Positions 39,440 through 46,962 of a stretch of DNA of 64,000 nt are shown piece after piece. The first letter of the stretch is position 1, and each line of letters begins with the position of its first letter. The notes below the pieces were generated by a model that was given only the letters and a program-made list of their open reading frames with translations, was not told the origin of the DNA and made no database searches. The position numbers and the translations under genes are program-made. This DNA comes from an uncultured bacterium (GTDB lineage Bacteria > Actinomycetota > Acidimicrobiia > Acidimicrobiales > VFJN01), in assembly GCA_963717085.1 (NCBI GenBank), contig CAVQVM010000021.1:116560-180559 (forward strand), read 5' to 3'.

Positions 39440-40126
39440 ATGCCGTTAGTAGAGACCCACTACCACCGAGAGAAGGTCTACTGGGACGAGCGGGGCAGCG
39501 AGGACTACGCGACGCTGTCACCGTTTGACCGGGCGCGCATCGCCGCTTGGATCGACTGGCGGGGACATGGGCGCATCCTCGACGTGGGCGGCGGCGCCGG
39601 AATGGTCAGCCGCATCATCAAGGATCAGCCGGAGACCCGGGTGACGTGCGTCGACATCTCGGCCGAGATGCTCCGCCACGCCCCGGTTTCCGCCGTCCAG
39701 GCCGATGGGATCCATCTGCCGTTTCCGCCCGACACCTTCGACATGGTCGTGGCCGCTGCATTCCTTCACCATCTCCCGGATGCCGAGTCGAACGTCATGG
39801 CGGAATGCCACCGGGTTGCGGTTCCAGGCGGTCGTGTCGTTGGCTACGACCCGAATGGCTGGTGCCTGCAAAACCGCATCTTCATGGGCGATGGACCCCT
39901 TCGGCTCAAGCTCTTCGCACCCGACGAGCGACCAATAGTGCCCGAGAGCATCGCGACGAAGGCAATCGAACTTTCGTTCAAATCATTCGAGTATCAGCTG
40001 TTCACATTTCGAAACATGAAGAAGACACCGTTCGAGGTCGTGCAGCGTTACGTCATCAACCCGATGGCACAAGGTCCACTCAAGAAGTACCTCGACCGCT
40101 GGTTCCTCTGGCGAGCGACCAAATAG
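39440..40126 (+). CDS. Class I SAM-dependent methyltransferase (type 11)
   Basis: ILDVGGGAGMVS, FDMVVAAAFLHHLPD, VPGGRVVGYDPN. The ATG at 39440 is preceded by AGGAGG at 39423-39428. The 3' part is strongly AT-rich. Confidence 0.75.
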   Translation: MPLVETHYHREKVYWDERGSEDYATLSPFDRARIAAWIDWRGHGRILDVGGGAGMVSRIIKDQPETRVTCVDISAEMLRHAPVSAVQADGIHLPFPPDTFDMVVAAAFLHHLPDAESNVMAECHRVAVPGGRVVGYDPNGWCLQNRIFMGDGPLRLKLFAPDERPIVPESIATKAIELSFKSFEYQLFTFRNMKKTPFEVVQRYVINPMAQGPLKKYLDRWFLWRATK

Positions 40127-40154
40127 AGCCGGGCGCCCAGGAACTGCGGAGCTC

Positions 40155-42356
40155 TTACTCGATCGGGGACTCGTCCTCGCCCGGCTCCGCCGCTGCGGTC
40201 AGGCGTTCACGAAACTCCTCCAGATCGACCGCCTCGCCGGTGCGAATGCTCTCTTGCCCTGCGAAGACGCAGAGCGTTGCGAGCGACGCCTGCTCCCAGG
40301 TGAGCAGCGTGTTCGCATCGCCACGGATCCCTGCCACGAACTGTGTCAGCTCTTCCTTGTGGCCCATGGAGGCGCCGAGGGCGACGCCGAGCTTGCGGAC
40401 TCGCTTGCCGTGGACCGAGAGGTGGGCGAAGTCGTCGAGTGCGACCACCTTTCCCTTGGCCAGAACGGTGATCCTCTCCTGCGGGTAGCCGACCGCCCCG
40501 CTCTCGTTGAACACGATGTTGGCGACGGCGCCATCGTAATGGATGGTCAAGGCGTAGTTGCACAGCGTGCGCAGGTCGTCAGGGGGATTCCCGAGCGCAC
40601 GAGCGTAGACCGACAGAGGCGGCCGGCCGATCAGGAGGTGGCACAGGTCGACGAAGTGCTCGCCCTCGCTGATCAGCCTCCCGCCCCCGTCGATCGGGTC
40701 CAGCGACCAGTGGTCCGGCGGCACGAAGGGTCGCGTGACCGTGTAGTCGACGGAGTCGATGGGACCGCCGACGAGCTCGCGCAGCCGCTGGACCATCGGC
40801 GAGTAGCGGCGGTTCAGCCCGACCGTGAGGAGCACGGGCTCGCCGTCCATGCGGCGGAGCAGATCACGAAAGTCCTCGAGGCGGGTCACCATCGGCTTCT
40901 CGACGAACACGGCCTTGTTCGCGTCGATCGCCTTGCAGATGTGCCCGTAGTGCTCCGGCTGGGTCGACCCGATGACGACCCCGTCGGTCCCCGCGTCCTC
41001 CAAGAGCTGGTCGACGTCGGTGGTGATCATCGCGGCGCCGACCTTCTCCCCGACGGTGGCGGCGTTCCGAGCCGTGGCCGAGGCGATCCCCCGGATCTCC
41101 ACGCCCGGCATCGCCCTCAGGTTCGGCAGGTGGGTGGCCAGCATGTGGTTCCCCAGTCCGACCAGGGCGATGCCCACCGCCCCGTCCCCCCGTGGTCGGG
41201 AATGGATGCGCTTCGTTCGGCTGCGGTCGGGCTCTTCGGGGCCATAGCGGATGAGCGCCGCGATCCCGGGGAGCTCGCGATTTCGGATGGCGTCGAAGGC
41301 GTCCTGGGCCTCGTCGAGGTCGTAGACGCGAGCGATCAGGGGCTCCAACGACACGGAGCCGGACGAGACGAGGCGCACGAACTCCGCCAGGTTGCGCTTC
41401 TCGGTCCAGCGCACGTAGCCGAACGGATAGTCGATCCGGCCCTTCTCGTAGCCCGTGTGGTAGCTGCCTGGGCCGTACGCCCTCGAGTAGCGCAGGTCGA
41501 TCTCGCGGTGGAGGAAGTTCTTGGGGTGGATGTCGAGACGTACGTAGCCGACGAGCACGACGCGCCCCTGGCGCCGGGTGATCTCCATCGACGAGTTGAT
41601 GATCTCGGATGAATCCGAGCTCGCGCACACGATCGTGGCATCGACTCCGTGCTTGTCGGTGAAGTCGCTGAGCCCCCGCTTCCAGTCGGGATCGCGAGGA
41701 TCGACCACCAGGGATGCTCCCGCCGCCCGGGCGAGCTCGTTCGCCCGGGGGTTGATGTCGATGCCGATCACCACGCAGCCTGCGGCCAGAGCGATCTGTG
41801 TGCACAGCTGGCCGACGAGCCCGAGGCCGTAGATGGCGACCGTCTCGCCGAACTGGAGGTCGGCGCGGCGCAGCGCCTGGATGGCGATTCCGCCCACGGT
41901 CACGAAGGCCGCATGCCGTAGATCGACGTCGTCGGGTACCGGCACGACGTGATTGATGACCGGGGCGGCGATCTCCGCATGGCCCGTTGCGGCGTAGGCG
42001 ACCGTTTGCCCGATCTTGAAACCCTCGACGCTGTCGCCGAGGGCGAGCACAGTACCGGCGCCGCTGTAGCCGACCTCGCGCGGTGTGACCATCTCGTGCC
42101 AGACGCGACGCACGGTCTGTGCCGGACCGGTCGAGAACACCGTCTGCTTCACGACGTTGCGCATCCACGGATCGGCGAGCGTCTGCTTGGCCAGCTCGAC
42201 CGGGGTCTTGGACAGCGTCGTCGTCTCGGTGCCCGAGCTGATCAAGGAGTAGTGCGTCTGCACGAGCACCTGGTCGGGACCGAGGTGCGGCTCGGGTAGG
42301 TCGATCACCTGAACACGACCTCGCCGATCGATCACCCGCCGGACGACTTGTTTCAT
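40155..42356 (-). CDS. Bi-domain oxidoreductase: N-terminal MDR zinc-type alcohol dehydrogenase fused to C-terminal Gfo/Idh/MocA oxidoreductase
   Basis: N-terminal half: VLVQTHYSLISSGTE, VAIYGLGLVGQL (Rossmann). C-terminal half: IALVGLGNHMLATHLP and KAVFVEKP, typical of Gfo/Idh/MocA. Confidence 0.8.
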   Translation of the reverse strand: MKQVVRRVIDRRGRVQVIDLPEPHLGPDQVLVQTHYSLISSGTETTTLSKTPVELAKQTLADPWMRNVVKQTVFSTGPAQTVRRVWHEMVTPREVGYSGAGTVLALGDSVEGFKIGQTVAYAATGHAEIAAPVINHVVPVPDDVDLRHAAFVTVGGIAIQALRRADLQFGETVAIYGLGLVGQLCTQIALAAGCVVIGIDINPRANELARAAGASLVVDPRDPDWKRGLSDFTDKHGVDATIVCASSDSSEIINSSMEITRRQGRVVLVGYVRLDIHPKNFLHREIDLRYSRAYGPGSYHTGYEKGRIDYPFGYVRWTEKRNLAEFVRLVSSGSVSLEPLIARVYDLDEAQDAFDAIRNRELPGIAALIRYGPEEPDRSRTKRIHSRPRGDGAVGIALVGLGNHMLATHLPNLRAMPGVEIRGIASATARNAATVGEKVGAAMITTDVDQLLEDAGTDGVVIGSTQPEHYGHICKAIDANKAVFVEKPMVTRLEDFRDLLRRMDGEPVLLTVGLNRRYSPMVQRLRELVGGPIDSVDYTVTRPFVPPDHWSLDPIDGGGRLISEGEHFVDLCHLLIGRPPLSVYARALGNPPDDLRTLCNYALTIHYDGAVANIVFNESGAVGYPQERITVLAKGKVVALDDFAHLSVHGKRVRKLGVALGASMGHKEELTQFVAGIRGDANTLLTWEQASLATLCVFAGQESIRTGEAVDLEEFRERLTAAAEPGEDESPIE
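42013..42116. repeat. 104-bp direct repeat, copy A (inside the oxidoreductase gene)
   Basis: atcttgaaaccctcgacg.tgtcgccgagggcgagcac.gtaccggcgccg.tgtagccgacctcgcgcggtgtgaccatctcgtgccagacgcgacgcacggt. It has 3 mismatches relative to 45349-45452. Confidence 0.9.
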
Positions 42357-42550
42357 TCTGCGAGTCCTTCGCTACAGGGTCTCACTCGACGACGCCGCGG
42401 TGAACCCCACGCACGCGTCACGTCTTGGGCAAGCGTCTGATCGTACTCCGGCGGTGCGACGCTCTTGCCAGTCACGCCCTGTCCACCACGATGTGCGAGA
42501 ATCTCCGGTTCCAGCCGGCTTTCGTTCGTGTGCCACACGAGAGGGGAACG

Positions 42551-45355
42551 ATGCGGCTCGTCATGACTGTGCTCGTTCGAGACGAGGCCGACGTCATCGA
42601 GGCGATGCTCGAGAGCCACTACGCACTCGGGGTCGACTTCGTGATCGCCACCGACCACCGCTCGGAAGATGGCACCACCGCAATCCTCGAGCGCTACCAG
42701 CGCCAAGGGCGTCTGCGCCTGATCCACGAACCCGACGACGTCCACCAACAAGCCCGCTGGGTCACACGCATGGCGCGCCTCGCGGCGGTCGACCACAACG
42801 CCGATTGGGTGATCAACGCCGACGCCGATGAGTGGTGGTGGCCCCGCGACGGCGACCTTGCCTCGACGTTCACGAGCCTGCCCGACGAGGTGACCGTGCT
42901 GGTGGCACAGCGCTACAACTTCGTGCTGCGGCCCGACGACGGTCAACCCTTCCACGAGCGGATGCAGTGGCGACGCACCGACTCCCTCACCCAAGACGGC
43001 GACCTCATGGCTGTCAAGGTCGCCCATCGCGCGAGCCCGGAGGTCGAGGTAGCGGTCGGGAACCACGCCGTGTCCGGTCTCGGGGGACGCATCCTGGACG
43101 ACGGCCGCATCGAGGTGCTGCACTTTCCGGTCCGGTCATGGGACCAGTACGAGCGCAAGATCCGGCTCGGGATGGTCGCTGTCGAGCACAACACCTCGTA
43201 CGGGCCTGAGGTCTTCTACCACTGGCGCCGCTCGTCGCGGCTGCTGCACGAGGGCAGGCTCGCCGAGGAGTGGGCGTCATGGGTCTACGACGACGATGCG
43301 CTCGCACGGGCCGTGGCCGCCGGCGAGGTCGTCGCCGATGATCGCGTGGCCGGCCTGCTCGCCACGCTGCCGGCGCCAGCGATCCTGGCTGTGACCCCGG
43401 GGCCGCCTGCGTCTAGCTTCTCCGGCATGCCATCGCCCGGACACGGCGTTCGGCGACTCGGCGCTGGGGTCAGCTACGCAGACGGCGCCGAAGACGACGT
43501 GCTCGCCGTCCTCAGGAAGGTCGAGGACACCTCGTCGGGCTCGGTCGAGCTCGCCGAGCACATCGTCGACTGGCCGACCTGCTACCACTTATCGCCCCAG
43601 CGCTCGAACCTGCTACGGCCCCTGAACATCACCTCGAGCCTGCGGGTACTCGACGTCGGGGCGGGATCGGGCGTGCTCACCCGCTACCTCGCCGAGCAGG
43701 GAGCGACGGTGGTCGCGCTCGAGGGGAACCCCCGGCGCGCCGACGCCGCGGCGGAGCGATGCCGCGATCTCGATCACGTCGACGTGATCGCTGGAACGCT
43801 CGAAGACCTCGATCCGGCCGAGCGGTTCGATCTCGTGCTCCTCGTCGGCGTGCTCGAGTACGCCGGTTCCGCCATCGGCGGTGGTGGCGGTGCCTCGGAG
43901 ATGCTGCGGGACGCTCGGTCGCACCTGAGCGAGGGTGGCGCCGTCGTCGTCGCCACCGAGAACCAGCTGGGGCTCAAGTACCTGCTCGGTGGCCGGGAGG
44001 ACCACCTGGGGGAGCCGTGGGTGGGCATCGACGGCTACCCCGGCCCGCCGGGTGTGCGCACCTGGACTCGCACTGCGCTACGGAGGCTCCTTGCCGAGGC
44101 GGGGCTCGACCGGCAGCATTGGCTCGCGCCGTTCCCGGACTACAAGCTCCCCACGGTCGTGCTCGACGAGCGGGTATACGCGCGGCCTGACGCAGCCGAG
44201 GTGATCGAGCAGCTGGTGCTCCATCCGGTGATGAGCCTGGATCAACCGCCGGTGCGGGGTGCGGACGGAATTGGCGCTCATCGCGTCTGGGCGGAGGCCG
44301 GGCTGGCGGCGGAGGTCGCCAACTCGTTCCTCGTCCTTGCCGGCACTGATGACACGTTCATCGCCAAGCTCGTCGACGACCGGGCGTTGGCGTGGCTCTA
44401 CGGCGGCAACCGTGTGCCGCCGTGGCGACGAGAACGGATGGTCACTGTCGATGGCGAGGTCGTCACGTTGGGCGACAACCAACCGCGGCGAGTCGGATGG
44501 CTCGGCCAGGATCCCGGCACGTCGCGGCCCTATCGGCGAGGCCGCACTTTGGCCCAGGACGCGATGGATGCCGTGCGTGCGCACGATCTCGATGCTCTGG
44601 CAACCACACTGCGACGCTGGCGCGCCGAGCTCGAGGCGAGAGCCGTGGAGATCGCCGTGGTACCGAGTGGTGCCCATCCCTTCCTGCTGCCCGATTCGAC
44701 GCGGGGACTTCCCGACGGTCACCTCGACGTCGGCCTGGCGAATTTCGTCGACACCGGGACCGAGCTTGCCTTCGTCGACGACGAGTGGCGCACCGAACAC
44801 CCGGTCGACGTGCGCCTCGCCGAGTACCGGGCGCTCTGGGTGCTGGCCCACGATGTCCTCGGCTCGGCGGTCGCGCACCCCTGGGGAGACGAGGCGACGG
44901 TCGACGACATCGTGGCTCAACTCGCATCGCTCGCCCGGGCCGAGTTCGACGAGTACATCTTCGACGCCTTCCAAGCGGCGGAGACCGAATTGCAGGGGCT
45001 CGTCGCAGGTGAACCGCCCGACCGCCTCACCACCGGTTGGCTCAACGGCGCCCTCCGCGCGGCCGACCTCAGTCCCTGGAGCCCGGCCGACGCGGACCTG
45101 CGACACCTGCACGACGAAGAGATCTCGCGGCTGCGCCGCGAGGTCGCCGCGTTGGGCACGGAGCGGACAGCGCTGCTGGAGCAACGGACGGAGCTCACCG
45201 GCCAGAACGAGCACTTCCAGGGGGTGATAGCGGCTAAGCAGGCGGAGGTCGACCGCCTGCGCACCCTCCGCGGCTTCGTGGGCCACCGGCTCCGGGCCAT
45301 CACCTGGCTGCGCCTGCTCGTCGGCCGCCTGCGGCCTGTCGAGCCCGTATCTTGA
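42551..45355 (+). CDS. Multidomain protein: N-terminal GT-A-like glycosyltransferase, class I SAM methyltransferase, kinase-like domain, coiled-coil and amphipathic tail (WbdD-like chain terminator fused to a GT)
   Basis: GT part: VMTVLVRDEADVIEAMLESH, INADADEWWWP. Methyltransferase motif I: VLDVGAGSGVL, VLLVGVLEYAG. Kinase-like: HLDVGLAN (HxDxxxxN) and FVDDEW. Coiled-coil: EEISRLRREVAALGTERTALLEQRTELTGQNEHFQGVIAAKQAEVDRLRTL. Tail: GHRLRAITWLRLLVGRL. The ATG at 42551 follows GAGAGGGGA. Confidence 0.7.
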   Translation: MRLVMTVLVRDEADVIEAMLESHYALGVDFVIATDHRSEDGTTAILERYQRQGRLRLIHEPDDVHQQARWVTRMARLAAVDHNADWVINADADEWWWPRDGDLASTFTSLPDEVTVLVAQRYNFVLRPDDGQPFHERMQWRRTDSLTQDGDLMAVKVAHRASPEVEVAVGNHAVSGLGGRILDDGRIEVLHFPVRSWDQYERKIRLGMVAVEHNTSYGPEVFYHWRRSSRLLHEGRLAEEWASWVYDDDALARAVAAGEVVADDRVAGLLATLPAPAILAVTPGPPASSFSGMPSPGHGVRRLGAGVSYADGAEDDVLAVLRKVEDTSSGSVELAEHIVDWPTCYHLSPQRSNLLRPLNITSSLRVLDVGAGSGVLTRYLAEQGATVVALEGNPRRADAAAERCRDLDHVDVIAGTLEDLDPAERFDLVLLVGVLEYAGSAIGGGGGASEMLRDARSHLSEGGAVVVATENQLGLKYLLGGREDHLGEPWVGIDGYPGPPGVRTWTRTALRRLLAEAGLDRQHWLAPFPDYKLPTVVLDERVYARPDAAEVIEQLVLHPVMSLDQPPVRGADGIGAHRVWAEAGLAAEVANSFLVLAGTDDTFIAKLVDDRALAWLYGGNRVPPWRRERMVTVDGEVVTLGDNQPRRVGWLGQDPGTSRPYRRGRTLAQDAMDAVRAHDLDALATTLRRWRAELEARAVEIAVVPSGAHPFLLPDSTRGLPDGHLDVGLANFVDTGTELAFVDDEWRTEHPVDVRLAEYRALWVLAHDVLGSAVAHPWGDEATVDDIVAQLASLARAEFDEYIFDAFQAAETELQGLVAGEPPDRLTTGWLNGALRAADLSPWSPADADLRHLHDEEISRLRREVAALGTERTALLEQRTELTGQNEHFQGVIAAKQAEVDRLRTLRGFVGHRLRAITWLRLLVGRLRPVEPVS

Positions 45356-45452
45356 AACCCTCGACGTTGTCGCCGAGGGCGAGCACGGTACCGGCGCCGT
45401 TGTAGCCGACCTCGCGCGGTGTGACCATCTCGTGCCAGACGCGACGCACGGT
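45349..45452. repeat. 104-bp direct repeat, copy B (orphan fragment of the oxidoreductase gene)
   Basis: It matches copy A at 101 of 104 positions. On the minus strand it translates to VWHEMVTPREVGY.GAGTVLALGD.VEGFKI, as in residues ~80-115 of the 40155-42356 product. The flanks are unrelated. The stop codon of the 42551-45355 gene (45353-45355) lies inside it. Confidence 0.9.
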
Positions 45453-45539
45453 TCGTGGCACGCACGAAGATCGCGATGCGGCCCCCGGCCACGGAGCGAC
45501 TGCCGGCGTCCCGAGGGTTCCGCCCCCGTCGGGTCGCAT

Positions 45540-45647
45540 CCGACCGACCACACCATGCTCGATGCGGCCGCGCTCCCCCAGATCGTCGACGCCATCCGCG
45601 CCCGCGGCTACGCGTTCGCGACGGTGAGCGCGCTGATCGGCGGGTGA
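45540..45647 (+). pseudogene. Possible 3' remnant of a polysaccharide deacetylase gene
   Basis: The tail of track ORF 45432..45647 reads MLDAAALPQIVDAIRARGYAFATVSALIGG*. This resembles the usual C-terminus of NodB-type deacetylases (..ALP.II..L.ARGY.FVTVSEL). No catalytic domain lies upstream. Confidence 0.35.
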
Positions 45648-45662
45648 CCCTGCGGCCCTCGG

Positions 45663-46844
45663 CTACCCCGCCGGTGGCGGCGCGATGGGATGCGGCATGC
45701 AGAGCTCGTCGTACTCGGCGATCACGATGCGCTCGGGATCGATGGAGCAGGTCGGGCACTCGGGGTCGCGCAGCATCCGGTAGGTACGGAACGACTGCTC
45801 GAGGGAGTCGTACGCCAGCAGCCGGCCGGAGAGATCCTCGCCGACGCCGAGGATGAGCTTGATGGCCTCGACCGCCTGGATCGAGCCCACGATGCCGGGC
45901 AGCACGCCCAGGACGCCGGCCTCGGCGCACGAGGGGGCCAGCTCGGCGGGCGGTGGCTCGGGGAGGAAGCAGCGGTAGCAGGGACCGTCGTGGGGCTTGA
46001 ACACGGTCACCTGGCCCTCGAAGCGGAAGATCGAGCCGTGAACGACGGGGATCTCGAGCTTCAGCGCTGCGTCGTTGAGCAGGTAGCGCACGGGGAAGTT
46101 GTCCGCGCCGTCGACCACGATGTCGTAGCCCGACAGGATGTCCATGACGTTGTCGGCGCCCAGGCGGACGTCGTGGGTCACGACGTTGACGTCGGGGTTG
46201 ATGGCCGTGAGCGTCTTCTTGGCCGAGTCGACCTTGCGCTCGCCCACGCGGTCGACGTTGTGGAGGATCTGTCGCTGCAGGTTCGACTCGTCGACGACGT
46301 CCATGTCGACGATGCCGATGGTGCCGACGCCCGCGGCCGCCAGGTACAGCGCCGCCGGCGAGCCGAGGCCACCGGCGCCCAGCAGCAGCACCCGCGCGTC
46401 GAGCAGCTTGAGCTGCCCCGCGACGTCGACCTCCGGCAGGAGCAGGTGGCGCTGGTAGCGGTTGCGCTGCTCCGCCGACAGCTTGCGCGGGGCGGCCCAG
46501 TCGCGGCCCTCATCCTTCCACCTGTTGAAGCCGCCGGTCATCGACACGACGTCCTGGTAGCCCATGTCGCTGAGCGTCTTGGCGGCGAACGCCGACCGCA
46601 CGCCGCTGGCGCAATGGATGATCACCGGCGCCGACTTGTCGGTGATCCGGTTCTCCACCGAGCTCTCGAGCGTGCCCCGGGGGATGTGCACCGCCCCGGG
46701 GATGGCCCCCTGCTCGTACTCGTCGGGCTCGCGCACGTCGAGGACCACCGCCTTTGGCCGCCGCCGCAGCTCGTCGGCCTGGGCGGTGTCGACCTCGCGG
46801 ATCTCGGCTTTGGTGGCGGCAAGCAACTCACGGAAGCTCGGCAT
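45663..46844 (-). CDS. Rhodanese-ThiF/MoeB-family adenylyltransferase/sulfurtransferase (MoeZ-like, with the rhodanese domain N-terminal)
   Basis: N-terminal rhodanese with active site IHCASGVRS, then LLLGAGGLGSP (nucleotide loop), DESNLQRQ, and the zinc cysteines CYRC and CPTC. Confidence 0.8.
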   Translation of the reverse strand: MPSFRELLAATKAEIREVDTAQADELRRRPKAVVLDVREPDEYEQGAIPGAVHIPRGTLESSVENRITDKSAPVIIHCASGVRSAFAAKTLSDMGYQDVVSMTGGFNRWKDEGRDWAAPRKLSAEQRNRYQRHLLLPEVDVAGQLKLLDARVLLLGAGGLGSPAALYLAAAGVGTIGIVDMDVVDESNLQRQILHNVDRVGERKVDSAKKTLTAINPDVNVVTHDVRLGADNVMDILSGYDIVVDGADNFPVRYLLNDAALKLEIPVVHGSIFRFEGQVTVFKPHDGPCYRCFLPEPPPAELAPSCAEAGVLGVLPGIVGSIQAVEAIKLILGVGEDLSGRLLAYDSLEQSFRTYRMLRDPECPTCSIDPERIVIAEYDELCMPHPIAPPPAG

Positions 46845-46962
46845 GGAAACCTCTCGGGCGATCTCTCTCGGCGTCTGAAAAGCCTACAGACCCGCTCAAC
46901 ATTCTGCGTGGGTCGTCGGCCAGGCGGAGGCCGTGGCGCCACAGCGCCATGACCCGAGCGGG

